Assembly (NCBI GenBank): GCA_017676145.1
Contig: GCA_017676145.1_3628.1
Source of the DNA: a phage
Direction: 5' to 3' (one strand)
Length of the DNA stretch: 64,000 nt
In this document: one piece after another, positions 42,621 through 52,842 of the stretch
Layout of the letters: every line of letters starts with the position of its first letter
How positions within the stretch are numbered: the stretch's first letter is position 1
Translations under genes and position numbers: made by a program
The notes under the pieces: generated by a model
What the model was told of the DNA's origin: nothing
Databases searched by the model: none
The model's input: only the letters and a program-made list of their open reading frames with translations

Positions 42621-42974
42621 TCAATGGCAACTACCCCAATTAGCCCCACACAAGTATTCACCTGTGATCTGGAACGGAACGCCCATCATTTTAGAAGCTT
42701 GCCAGAAGCAATGTACCACCATTTCGCCCACAGGGCTCCAGATAAGTTCAAGCTTTCCGTCCTCGTTCAAGATAGGATCGTATACCGTATTTCCATCCTT
42801 GTCAACCACTTCGTTTCCGTCCTCATCCTTGCGTGCCTTTTTGTACTTATGACCGTCGAACACATGAAGTTTAGCCTCTTGCTGGGCTTTAAATGTTTCC
42901 AGCTCTTCAATTGTGTCGAAGGTGTATACAGTTTTATACTTAGGTGTGTCAGGTACTTGAAGTTGGTACTCATC
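42621..42974 (-). CDS. DNA polymerase (family A), exon 2 (C-terminal 117 aa)
   Basis: Begins DEYQLQV (completing motif C HDE with H from exon 1) and ends ...GANWGSCH, matching the conserved C-terminal His of T7-type polymerases. Confidence 0.6.
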   Translation of the reverse strand, partial: DEYQLQVPDTPKYKTVYTFDTIEELETFKAQQEAKLHVFDGHKYKKARKDEDGNEVVDKDGNTVYDPILNEDGKLELIWSPVGEMVVHCFWQASKMMGVPFQITGEYLCGANWGSCH

Positions 42975-43302
42975 CAATAGTTCAGGTAGGTCGTTAAGCT
43001 ACCCCGCACCATTACGTGCATAGCCATACAGTTTCCCGTATGGATCGGACTATCTCACTGCCTTGTCACCAAGGCACCTCTCATTTCGACCGCACTTGCT
43101 GGCCTACTCTACTCGCTTCTTCACCCCAAACTGTGTTGGAGCTATGCTTTCGATAGTCTCTGAACGTTCATCCTCTCGGATGCTTCGCTGCGGATTAGCA
43201 TATTGAGCTTTTACCATGGTTAGGTGTAAAAGTCAACTTAGCCTTCCCGTCAATTAAAGAGGTTTTCGACGTGCATCACTGCACGAAGCCACAATGTTAT
43301 TT
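42975..43302 (-). mobile_element. ORF-less group I intron interrupting DNA polymerase motif C
   Basis: 328 nt between H and DE codons of motif C; exon 1 ends in U, intron ends in G; P7-like pairing AGACUAU / AUAGUC present; in-frame stop 1 codon into intron. Confidence 0.55.
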
Positions 43303-45726
43303 ATGGTAATAAATAATCCGACGAACACCCTCATCATACCATCCACGCTTCACCAGCTGGTGGTGCATGAGGATTCCCACCAAGTCGCACAACGAGGCAC
43401 CGCCATTTTGCTGATATGCATTAAGCAAAGAGTGTTTAGAGCGGGTCCAAATGGCATGACCGTCAAAAGAGTAGATGAATTTCTTACCTGTTGCTTCCCA
43501 GAATTTCTCCAGATCCTCTTTACGCCCCTTAAGACCTGGGTTGGCATCCCAGAGAGCATCGATTACTCTCTGCCCCAGCTCTGGAGAGATATCCAGCATA
43601 TCTGCAACTTTATCTTTTTGTGCCCCGTACATAACCCCATACGTGACAGGCTTACCATCGTTACGAGACACCTCCCTGCCTGCTACTTTTGTATATGCCT
43701 CAGCATTGTTTTGGTGCGCATCTCCGTTACTTACAACATCATAGTACAGACCGTTGTCGAACTCAAAGGCACCCCAAGCCCCGATAAGCTGCTCTAAGTT
43801 GGACCCGTCAATACCGATCTCAAAGTATCCGGGAGGAACACCCCACAGACTACGCATCTCTTTACCCATAACCACTTTAGGAGATGGTTTAGGCATGTTT
43901 GCACAAATGCTGTGTTTCTGTCTGGAAGTGTTTGTTAATCCAGAACTTTTAGCAGGAAGCTTATGGTCAATCTTCAAACGTGGATGATTAAGAAGACCAG
44001 TATCAACCTTATCCTCCTTGATTGGATCAAGGACCGATCTACGGTTTCGCAAGGATAACCACAAGACGATATCTTTAGCCATCTCTCCGTTCAACTTTTC
44101 AAGATTCGGACATAGGTGTCCAAACGTATCTTTCAGTTGCGGAGAAGTAATAAGCGCTCTGGCTTTTCTACGTATCTTCCCAAACACTTCCTTTTTAATC
44201 CTTTCTGAGTTAGGGAAGCTTCGGAACTTGTGCACGGTTGTCTGAAACTTAGCATCAGTTTTGTTCCAGAAGTTTATAATTAGGTCACAATACTCTGACT
44301 CTAAAAGCTCGTCCATATATGCATATACTCGTGCATCAACATCAGCATCAGGCAGAGCTTTCTTCTTGCTGTCTTTAGTTACATCCTTAGTTCTCCACAT
44401 TGTTGGGAGCCAACCAGCACTAATCAGGTATCGCTTAATGTCGTCCTGATTGCTGATTTTCATAGGTATCTTGCAGTCAGGCATTCGCTTCTGCTGTAGG
44501 TCACTTATTGCCTGATCCATTAGCTCTTTAGGTAAAGGGTGTGGTGTAGAAGTTCCTTTGATATACCCCCTCAAGAAATCAGCCATCTTATCTGGGTCTT
44601 TACAGCCCATCTCTTCACACCATTTTATCCCCATTTTGCTGACATCCCCTGCAGAGGTAAATGCTCGCTTAGGAGGGGCTTTGAACTCTAAAGCGCTCAT
44701 GTCCACAGGATAGCCAAGCTTGTCTTTTAACCATTTCCAACCATTATTGGAGATTGTCCCATCCTGGTTAAACGGCTTTTCAGGGAACTTAGGCCGCTGA
44801 GACATTGATAACTCTTTTAAAGGAAGTTGTGGTTCAACACGATCAGCGATCTCTTTCATCCACGCATCGCAGCGGTCACGTAAAGCAATAGCCCCATCTA
44901 TGTCGAAATACACACCCTGTCGAGCCTGCAGCTCCATCAGGAAATGCTGCAGCATGCCTCGGCGTAATGCATTCTTCCAGGTAATCTTCTTGAATCCTTT
45001 AGGCTTCTCTTTGGCAGGGTCATACATAAAGTTCTGCATGTCAGATTTGCCGTAGAATACACCTTTTGATTCCGCTACCAACTCTTTCCAGAGCAACTCC
45101 TGGATGATAACGTCCTCGAACACACGATCCACATATTTCCACAGTGGAAGCTCACGCCAGTCATCGATTTGAACTTTCTGGTTACCAAGGGCATAGCCCC
45201 ATGCCATAAGGCCATGAGGCCCAACAGGTTGCATTTTCTTGGTAACTGGATTGAATACTGCGTCCGGACAACCTTTTGGCAAAGGGCGGTCAGGCCACAA
45301 GATTCGGCTCATAGCTAACGTATCAAACAGATTAACCTGGTGGTCGTTGATAGTTCCCATGCATTTAGGGTCACGGAACATATCAAAATGAATACCAGAT
45401 AATCTCTCCATCAGCATAAAGTCATAACTGTAGCAGTTATGGCAGTTCAAAGCTGTTGGTGACCAGTCGGAATTGCCTGTAAGCCAACCTTCCAACTCCG
45501 AAAAATCTGCTATGCGGACTTCAAAATCTTTATAAAGAGTTTTCTTTGCTAGAATAAAGTTCTTAGCCTTCTCTACATCCTCTTCAGAGTAGTGTGTGCG
45601 GTCATTTAGAGGAAGGAACAGCATAAAACGGTTCTTATTCAGCTCTTTAAACAAACCGCAGTGATAATAAAGATCTGGATCTTCCAGCAAGCCCGAGGCC
45701 TCCAGATCGAAAGACCACATACTCAT
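43303..45726 (-). CDS. DNA polymerase (family A, T7-like, with 3'-5' exonuclease domain), exon 1
   Basis: Exo I motif FDLEASG; motif A-like GIDGSNLEQ; motif B RNDGKPVTYGVMYGAQ; ORF terminates right after ...IIYYH, immediately before motif C acidic residues. Confidence 0.8.
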
Positions 45727-45784
45727 ATACAGTTCTCCTTAAAGGGGAGGCGGTTGTACTACCCCTCCCACTCTTGGTTAAACA

Positions 45785-47863
45785 TTAAAAAGGTGTTTCG
45801 TCGTCTTCAAAACCAGGAACGTGGTTAGAGGACGGATCATCATACTGAAGGTCTTCCTGTGTGTCAACAGGGTTAACAGTAGGAGTTATAACCTTATCAG
45901 CCACAACCTTGCCAACAGGTGTTTCTACAACTGCATGCTCCTGATCCTCAAACATAGCTTGAGGTCTCCAAACAACCTCTCCACCTTCCCCGTCTGTAAA
46001 CATCTGCATTTCTTTATCCCAATACCAATTGCTGGCATCGTGGAACTTGCCTGTGTGAGGATCCATAACTAAAGTGTCCGCAATACCTAACGTTTTTGCT
46101 GGGCGGTTTTTAAGACCTACTAGACGGACACGTCCACGGGAACGATCCACCATCTCTTCTGCCTCTACCCCAACAACTACCCAGCTAAGTTGCTCCAATC
46201 CGGCACTACCACGAAGGTTCTCTTTTCGTACAGGGTACCAGAAAGGCAACGGATTCCCATCCTTATCCTTAGGAGGTACAATCTCTGTGCGTTTCAGGTG
46301 GGCGATCACCAGGATAAACACATTAAACTGCTTACAGAACGCAGCTAGTTGAGTCATAGCCATGTCAAGCTCTTTGCGCTCATCCTTAACATTAAGCCCT
46401 GAAATCACCATAGACAAGTGATCCAGCACAATGTAACGGCAGTGATACAGGCACACCATTTGTTTAAGCTTAGTGATCAGCTCATCCACAGGGATGGAGC
46501 CGAAATGCTTGAACACTTTAATTTTTCCTGCCTTGGCCCAAGATTGATGAATCTCAGCGTGCTCCTGATCGGTCAGGAACTGACTGGGGTCTTCAACAAA
46601 CTCTTTAACATCAAATCCCAGCTGGTTAGCGTATAGAGAGTTGATTGCTTCCTCAGGATCCTCTTCAAGGTGAATCAGGCACAGGCGATCATCCTCTTCA
46701 TAGTCATCAGCTTTAGGGCATGTTGGATCCATCAAGTATCTTGCAATACAGTGTTCCAGCTTCTTGGCTACAGTTGTTTTACCACCGCCAGATGGGCCTG
46801 TCAGCATCATCAAGGTGCCTTTGTGGAGCCCTTTCAGCATCTTCTGCAATTTAGGGAACTCCGCACTGATATCTACGCCATTGGAAGTCTTCTTACGAAG
46901 AGACTCAATGGAGAAGTCTTCTAAATCAGATACAGCATCAGGCACATATTTGACTGGGTGACGGAACATGTTGACAATATCTTCCAGCTTTTTAGCCTTC
47001 AGCATGTCACGAATATCTTTTACACCATCAGGGTCGTTTACCTCACCTGGATATTCCACGTGGTAAACGTTATCAGCCATCAAAAATGCTGCGATATTAT
47101 GTGTGGCCTCAACACCTTTGATAACGTGTTTTTGCTTCTCTACCTCGTTAGCTGCATCGTTGTCCATTGCAAGGACCACTGTTCCGTAGCTACGGATAAA
47201 TTTCTCATTGTTCGCAAAAGTGTCTACGGCGTTTGCACACCCGCAGTTAATTCCAACAAAAGGCAGGCAGGGTTTTCCTGCCAGATCACCACCATTGATA
47301 ACTGCATCGATCCCATCCTGAACTTCTTTAGCCCACTGCTTCACCTTTGCTGGGGCTTTAGCATTGGTGAGAATCCCTTTTACTTGTATCTGATATGCAG
47401 CTTGCCATGCTGCAATAACATCACCCTCCCCCTCGCAAACGTTAATCTGTTTACGGTTGTTGGAGGATGCACACAGCTTTTGACCAAACATCTGAGAGTT
47501 GGCCTTTACTATGCCAACAACTGAGAAATGGCCCCTTTGCTCTTTAGGGATTGTCCAGTCGCGCTTTTTAAAGCCAGATAGATTACCGTAGCGGTCGTAA
47601 TATGGGAAATATGTTGCAGTGACCGTTACCCCATCTTCTTGAGACAATGCTGATCGCACACCGAAGTATTGTGCAGCCATCAGTCCGATATTTTGTTGTG
47701 GAACAGGGACAATTTTAGTATTTTCTAAAACAGTCTCTACAGTTTCGACCTCTTTTTCATCACGATAGTCTCGTTTCACACTCCCCCCACTTTTATATTT
47801 GGTTGCTTTCGGGTTTGGCTCACCGAAACGGTTGTATGCAGATGCCATGAATTTACTGCCCAT
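45785..47863 (-). CDS. bifunctional DNA primase / replicative helicase (TOPRIM + DnaB-like)
   Basis: TOPRIM acidic motifs (CEGEGD, DNDAAN), Walker A GPSGGGKT, Walker B-like IVLDHL; 692 aa. Confidence 0.8.
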   Translation of the reverse strand: MGSKFMASAYNRFGEPNPKATKYKSGGSVKRDYRDEKEVETVETVLENTKIVPVPQQNIGLMAAQYFGVRSALSQEDGVTVTATYFPYYDRYGNLSGFKKRDWTIPKEQRGHFSVVGIVKANSQMFGQKLCASSNNRKQINVCEGEGDVIAAWQAAYQIQVKGILTNAKAPAKVKQWAKEVQDGIDAVINGGDLAGKPCLPFVGINCGCANAVDTFANNEKFIRSYGTVVLAMDNDAANEVEKQKHVIKGVEATHNIAAFLMADNVYHVEYPGEVNDPDGVKDIRDMLKAKKLEDIVNMFRHPVKYVPDAVSDLEDFSIESLRKKTSNGVDISAEFPKLQKMLKGLHKGTLMMLTGPSGGGKTTVAKKLEHCIARYLMDPTCPKADDYEEDDRLCLIHLEEDPEEAINSLYANQLGFDVKEFVEDPSQFLTDQEHAEIHQSWAKAGKIKVFKHFGSIPVDELITKLKQMVCLYHCRYIVLDHLSMVISGLNVKDERKELDMAMTQLAAFCKQFNVFILVIAHLKRTEIVPPKDKDGNPLPFWYPVRKENLRGSAGLEQLSWVVVGVEAEEMVDRSRGRVRLVGLKNRPAKTLGIADTLVMDPHTGKFHDASNWYWDKEMQMFTDGEGGEVVWRPQAMFEDQEHAVVETPVGKVVADKVITPTVNPVDTQEDLQYDDPSSNHVPGFEDDETPF

Positions 47864-48617
47864 TAATTCTGCTCCTTACTGCAGGCTCGTTTGCTAAGAA
47901 TACAGCTTTAGCCCAGCCACGTGGTGTAAGGCTTCGAATCATCTTCGTCCTTGCACTCTTTCCACCTAGCTTAGCGTGTTGCATAGAATAACCACTAACC
48001 GCATCCACTATCTGCGGGACAGGTTTTGTGGCTGGGATTATAAATCCATTACCTATCCAACCGCAAGTTATTTTTGGGTAGGCATCACGTGGAGCTATAA
48101 ATTCAGGAAACCACGGGTTTACATCATCATCAGGTAAATACCCGCCATAATCTGAAGGATGAAAACGATAATCAGGTTTACGCCACAGTGTTGACATAAC
48201 CCCTACAGGGTTCTCTACATGCCACGGGCAATCATAAATCTCTCCCAACTCTTCTGCAACCCGAGCATCTTTTACAGCATTAATTTGGATCAGAGGGTCC
48301 TTAGCCAGCTTTTTCTTAAAATGTGCAGCACCTGATACTGCTAAATGCGTGCACGGAGGAAATGCAAGAATAAAGTCTGGAGCTGGGTACATGCAAAAAG
48401 TTTCTTGAGGGAACCACGGGTCAATCCAATAATCCACGTAGTGAATGTTGGGATGATCGGTTATCACCTCTGCATAGCTACCATGGTCAGCACCTTCTGC
48501 ATTAAAGCACAGGCACAGATACCCAGCTTTTGCCCAGTCAATGACTGCACCACCAGACCCATCAAATAGACTCCACACAACACCTTTGTGGTGGTGTTCT
48601 TTGTAGATAAATTTCAA
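47853..48617 (-). CDS. putative SAM-dependent DNA methyltransferase (C5-cytosine MTase-like motifs)
   Basis: Motif I-like LFDGSGG near N-terminus and PPC (AFPPCTHLAVSG) candidate catalytic motif; start placed at TTG (L11 of track ORF) 7 nt after aggaga SD because the track's GTG lies inside the upstream terminator hairpin. Confidence 0.4.
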   Translation of the reverse strand: MKFIYKEHHHKGVVWSLFDGSGGAVIDWAKAGYLCLCFNAEGADHGSYAEVITDHPNIHYVDYWIDPWFPQETFCMYPAPDFILAFPPCTHLAVSGAAHFKKKLAKDPLIQINAVKDARVAEELGEIYDCPWHVENPVGVMSTLWRKPDYRFHPSDYGGYLPDDDVNPWFPEFIAPRDAYPKITCGWIGNGFIIPATKPVPQIVDAVSGYSMQHAKLGGKSARTKMIRSLTPRGWAKAVFLANEPAVRSRINGQ

Positions 48618-48632
48618 TTTGCTGTCTCCTAA

Positions 48633-48662
48633 TGCAAAAAGCCCCACCCTTTCGGGCAGGGC
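48633..48662 (-). terminator. rho-independent terminator with GAAA tetraloop (copy 2 of identical pair)
   Basis: - strand GCCCTGCCC-GAAA-GGGTGGGGC followed by TTTTTG; identical to hairpin at 36838..36859. Confidence 0.65.
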
Positions 48663-48668
48663 CTAGTG

Positions 48669-49151
48669 TTAAACCCGGATACCTATTGTATACTCGGTGG
48701 ATACCAATGTCAAATCTAAATTTAAAATTTCTTGCATCTCATAGTATGCGTCCAGGGTGAGATACATTTCCCCATCCTTTTCTACATACTTGTCAAGGTG
48801 TTTGAGGCACTTTGGATAACTATCAAGAGCCGCCTTTAAGCACTCAAACTCTGTGCTGTTGATAAATCCTTCCATCTTGGCTACCCGTTCTGGGGTAACG
48901 ATAGCACTGTAGTGAGATTTAGCTTCCTGAATGCAATGGGTCCAAGCATCGACTTTCTCTTCGAAAAGTCCGAAGAACTTCTTCTTGGTGAGCTTCAGAT
49001 TCTTTAAGTGCTTAAGCACTCGGTTGCCGATCACAGACACATCACGAAACTTAAGGATCACTTTGTCAATATCCTCGCGGCCTATTTTCACAAAGCAAGC
49101 CTCACACATTTCAGGAGAGGCATAGCCTACCTTCCACATAAAATCTGACAT
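48669..49151 (-). CDS. hypothetical protein (160 aa)
   Basis: Track ORF; agaggag SD. Confidence 0.5.
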   Translation of the reverse strand: MSDFMWKVGYASPEMCEACFVKIGREDIDKVILKFRDVSVIGNRVLKHLKNLKLTKKKFFGLFEEKVDAWTHCIQEAKSHYSAIVTPERVAKMEGFINSTEFECLKAALDSYPKCLKHLDKYVEKDGEMYLTLDAYYEMQEILNLDLTLVSTEYTIGIRV

Positions 49152-49163
49152 AGCACTCTCCTC

Positions 49164-49559
49164 TTATTCCTGAAAAGCAACGATATCATATGAACTTGCA
49201 GACGAGCCTGGTGAAGAGTGACTCCAGTCTAGGTCATCAGAGTAGTCAGCATACTGTGCACCACTCCTCAGTTTGTATTTTACCCACTTACCTGGTGCAG
49301 GGTTTTCACCACCTTCCCATGCTTCCCAGCCTTCTGGCAGGCCATCCTGAGAGTAATCGTCCACCTCGCTAATAATCTTAGGGTTTGGCACCAAGACCCA
49401 TGCAGGCTCTTCCTTCTTAGCAAGTGTCCACACAATGTATGTGTCTGAGCAGGAGCATGTCAGTAAAGTATACCCACTGTTCAGAACTTCTGCAAGCTCT
49501 TTTTCAGCATCTTCTAATTTGGTTAGGTGGTATTGGATAATCTTCACATCTGTAATCAT
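49164..49559 (-). CDS. hypothetical acidic protein (131 aa)
   Basis: Track ORF; aggagg SD; start overlaps upstream stop. Confidence 0.5.
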   Translation of the reverse strand: MITDVKIIQYHLTKLEDAEKELAEVLNSGYTLLTCSCSDTYIVWTLAKKEEPAWVLVPNPKIISEVDDYSQDGLPEGWEAWEGGENPAPGKWVKYKLRSGAQYADYSDDLDWSHSSPGSSASSYDIVAFQE

Positions 49560-49864
49560 TAGAAGCCTCCTACTTCTTCAGCAAATGCTGCTGCTGTTGT
49601 TGCTGCATCCAGATAGGACTCTAGTTCACGTGCTGCACGTTTATAAATCGAGTGGCGCAGATCGTTTGGCAGCTGGTGAAAATCCACCTCTTCTCCGTTG
49701 TGGTAAACATGCACATCCGTAATCTGTCTAAATCCATAATAATCAACATCAGAATCACGGCACTCTGGATCTGGCAACTGGACAACTGCCTGAGCCTCTA
49801 CAGTGAGCATATCGTCAAGTTCGAAATCTATTTCAAAAGTGTATGGTTTATAACGCTTCATCAT
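49559..49864 (-). CDS. hypothetical acidic protein (101 aa)
   Basis: Track ORF; 5' UTR palindrome ggggaggaactcctcccc upstream. Confidence 0.5.
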   Translation of the reverse strand: MMKRYKPYTFEIDFELDDMLTVEAQAVVQLPDPECRDSDVDYYGFRQITDVHVYHNGEEVDFHQLPNDLRHSIYKRAARELESYLDAATTAAAFAEEVGGF

Positions 49865-49921
49865 TCGGTGTTCTCTTCGGTTTTGTGGGGAGGAGTTCCT
49901 CCCCTATATACTCACATCTTA

Positions 49922-50260
49922 CTACTGAAGGTCTTCAGAGTCAAGCTCAAAAAGAATCAAACTATGCATGTTTGCAGAGAGCTCAACACACTCTGCAACG
50001 ATAAGGGTCTGATAGTAAGGTTCAGCACCCTCGATGTCTTCGTTAAAATCCACAACAAGGTAGTCACCTTTGTTAAAGGTGTATTTGTCAGATGTAAACG
50101 CAAACCCTGCCCAGTCCCCTACAGGGTCTTTATCGATCACCTTTGTTAGCAGGAGGTCTTTTTCACGAGATCTTTTAGTAAAATCGTGAATCACAACAGC
50201 CTTCTCTTCAGGATTTGGATTTCCACACACGTAGTTAACTATATTTCTCCACAAACTCAT
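49922..50260 (-). CDS. hypothetical protein (112 aa)
   Basis: Track ORF; start overlaps helicase stop. Confidence 0.5.
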   Translation of the reverse strand: MSLWRNIVNYVCGNPNPEEKAVVIHDFTKRSREKDLLLTKVIDKDPVGDWAGFAFTSDKYTFNKGDYLVVDFNEDIEGAEPYYQTLIVAECVELSANMHSLILFELDSEDLQ

Positions 50261-51627
50261 ACGTCCCCCTTTTCTGCTCTAGTTTCAAAATCTTTCCTGA
50301 CTTTCTCGTCTAAGCCAGGGAAAGTTGTATTATAAAACTCTACGACTCTCGGGTCAACAATAATATCCACCTCTCTTAATGGACGCAACAAGTTTATTCC
50401 TTGTATCGTCTTAACCCGACTCAAGGCAACATACGTCATTCCGGGAGAGAAAGCTCCGCTCTTTCCGAGGTCTAGGTTGTAACAATCTAACGTAAGTCCT
50501 TGACTTTTATGAGATGTTACTGCGTACCCCGATTTCAAAGGGAGTTGCTCATAAGACCCGATCACAACCCTCTCTATGAACTTCTCCATCTTCCTTTCGG
50601 CAATATTGTACCTCTGGGAAGGTTTGTACTCGTTATTCTCCCACAATCTCGGCTCAATTTCAACCTGTGTCCCATCTTCTAGCTCAACTACCACGGATTT
50701 GGTCTTGAATTTTACCACTGTGGCACGTGTCCCGTTGACATAATACGGAACTTTGTGAGTAGGGTCAACATCGTTTGAGGTTATCATAACCTTCATCCCT
50801 ATCTTCAGCCTCATTTCCTGCTCCACAGGCAGTGTGGAAGGGAACTTACCCTTCATTTTACCAATGTAGGTCTTCTCTGGGGCCTTGATGGCATCATAGA
50901 AACGTCTGTTCACCTCCTCTGCTTGCTTATTGGTGGCACAGATGGTCAAGGCATCTGTTGGGACACCGCCATGATAGCAACGAGTGTTAAGCTCTGCTAC
51001 AACCTCTTTTATGCGACGACCTTCACGAACACAGTTCAACATTGTGGCGAAGCGAACAGATTCCTGACGGAACTGGTCTACTAAGGCTATATTGTGAAGA
51101 TTAAGATCCTCCCAAGATTCTGTATAGCAACACAGATCTGTGTGGTAGAAGTTGAAGTAGGCTTCTTTCTCCATGGAAGAGACAACTGGAGGTGCTTGGT
51201 AGAAATCTCCAAACAATAACACCTGAATGCCTCCGAAAGGTTTGTCATTTTTCCGAAGAAAGCGGAGTTTTCTGTCCATCTCTATGAACTTGTCAGCACG
51301 GATCATAGAGATTTCATCGATAATTAGGATGGTAAATGCCTTGCTTTTCAGAGGCTTTGCTGTTTTTGCCCTTATTGCTGTCCAGTCTGACTCCATGCTC
51401 ACACCTGCGGCAAGATCGAAAGTTCGGTGCGCTGTTGCTCCATTAACGTTTAAAGCGGCTACCCCTGTCGGGGCAACCGTTATGCAAGAGTCTCCATACA
51501 TGGACTGGATCATGTTGATAAGATATGTCTTCCCGGTTCCACCCGGTCCACTTACGAAGACATTCTCACCACTCATAATTGCAACAAGGGCAGCATCTGT
51601 GCCTACATCGTACTGCCCTTTTTCCAT
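50257..51627 (-). CDS. SF1B DNA helicase (Dda / RecD / Pif1-like)
   Basis: Walker A VSGPGGTGKT, Walker B IIDEISM, overall RecD-like motif order; 456 aa. Confidence 0.75.
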   Translation of the reverse strand: MEKGQYDVGTDAALVAIMSGENVFVSGPGGTGKTYLINMIQSMYGDSCITVAPTGVAALNVNGATAHRTFDLAAGVSMESDWTAIRAKTAKPLKSKAFTILIIDEISMIRADKFIEMDRKLRFLRKNDKPFGGIQVLLFGDFYQAPPVVSSMEKEAYFNFYHTDLCCYTESWEDLNLHNIALVDQFRQESVRFATMLNCVREGRRIKEVVAELNTRCYHGGVPTDALTICATNKQAEEVNRRFYDAIKAPEKTYIGKMKGKFPSTLPVEQEMRLKIGMKVMITSNDVDPTHKVPYYVNGTRATVVKFKTKSVVVELEDGTQVEIEPRLWENNEYKPSQRYNIAERKMEKFIERVVIGSYEQLPLKSGYAVTSHKSQGLTLDCYNLDLGKSGAFSPGMTYVALSRVKTIQGINLLRPLREVDIIVDPRVVEFYNTTFPGLDEKVRKDFETRAEKGDV

Positions 51628-52832
51628 TACGCCTCCTCGTAGATAATGTCGATAGTGTTACCGTCGCGGTCAACCACGTACTCGATTGGGTCTCCATCTT
51701 TGCGCGATTCTGGAGCTACTACGATTTCGTAGCGGCATGCACGGCACTTAGCGCTGTTGTGTTGGTAAGGTACACTGACTACATCAGCAGGGTCAACCAT
51801 AACCGTCATCACAGTGCCGTAGCTCTTTGCATACTCTTTGCTGGCACAGTGCAGGCCATAAGAGCATGCAGCTTCCGGATCATCCTCTACAAAGTTACGA
51901 GGCATGGATACAAAAGCGCCCTGGTATTGTGGGACTTTACCACTGTGCCAATCCACCCACTTGTCGCCGTTAAACTGAACCCCTTTGTAGCAAATGATTC
52001 GACCATCTTCTGCAATCTGAATGTCGTTTGCCTGCATAAAATCGTAGAGCATGTTTACAGATTTTGCAGACGGATTGCGTAACAGGCGAACTAGGAATTT
52101 CACATAGCGGTCATCCAGTGTTCCATCTGCATAATCTTTCTCAATTTTCTTTGCAATGGTAGATCGCATCTCTACACCGTAGTAGTAGAGCTTACCATCT
52201 TTCATAATCAGGTTGTCTGCCAGTGTAGTGAACTCATTCTTACGTTCCAGCCAGATAAGGATTTCACCAATTGCCTCGTCATATTCCTGAACAGAGATAT
52301 GGTCGAAGACTTTCTGGTAAACTTCCTCACTTTCGCTACGGCGAATTTCAAAAATACCTTCGTTGCAGGTGATCTGGAGAAGTTCTCCGCAAATAACTAC
52401 CAAAGGCTCGATGCTTCGAGTCTGTTGCTGAGACACACTGCTCACCACCTCCAGCACCGGGTCTTTGACTTCTACCGAAGGTTCTTCTGACTTAACTGCT
52501 ACCCCAGTGAACCCCACACCGTGAACAACACACAGTGGGTATACCACGCTCCAACGTTTAACGGAACCTTCGCCTAAGTCTAGGATCATGGCGTACTTAC
52601 CGTTATCTTCCAACCCATATCGAAATAAACGGGCCTCTTCACGGGTTTCAAAATCCTCACGGGTGTAGCAGACGCTGTCACGGTCAGGATCGAACACCTC
52701 TGGGGCACCAACTGCCAGTGTCCAGGTTGTGTCACCTTTCTCAATAGCGCATGTGAAACCTTTCTTCTCAAGTTCTGCACGGCGGTCTCGTGCTTCTTTA
52801 CGGGTTTTGAAATGTTCGTAGATGAAAATCAT
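51627..52832 (-). CDS. rIIB: rIIB-like protein (by synteny with rIIA-like gene)
   Basis: 401-aa ORF immediately downstream of rIIA-like gene, as in T4-type rIIA-rIIB pairs; no independent motif evidence. Confidence 0.4.
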   Translation of the reverse strand: MIFIYEHFKTRKEARDRRAELEKKGFTCAIEKGDTTWTLAVGAPEVFDPDRDSVCYTREDFETREEARLFRYGLEDNGKYAMILDLGEGSVKRWSVVYPLCVVHGVGFTGVAVKSEEPSVEVKDPVLEVVSSVSQQQTRSIEPLVVICGELLQITCNEGIFEIRRSESEEVYQKVFDHISVQEYDEAIGEILIWLERKNEFTTLADNLIMKDGKLYYYGVEMRSTIAKKIEKDYADGTLDDRYVKFLVRLLRNPSAKSVNMLYDFMQANDIQIAEDGRIICYKGVQFNGDKWVDWHSGKVPQYQGAFVSMPRNFVEDDPEAACSYGLHCASKEYAKSYGTVMTVMVDPADVVSVPYQHNSAKCRACRYEIVVAPESRKDGDPIEYVVDRDGNTIDIIYEEA

Positions 52833-52842
52833 CTTGGTCTCC

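Noticed and set aside
43297-45726. DNA polymerase as a truncated pseudogene
   Set aside because: The missing C-terminus, including motif C acidic residues and the terminal His, is encoded in frame 328 nt downstream with group I intron features in between; a split by intron is the better explanation.
46958-47524. 188-aa + strand ORF
   Set aside because: Entirely antisense to the primase-helicase gene, no SD, no recognisable motifs.
51579-52082. 167-aa + strand ORF
   Set aside because: Antisense to the rIIB-like gene; no SD; hydrophobic low-complexity translation.
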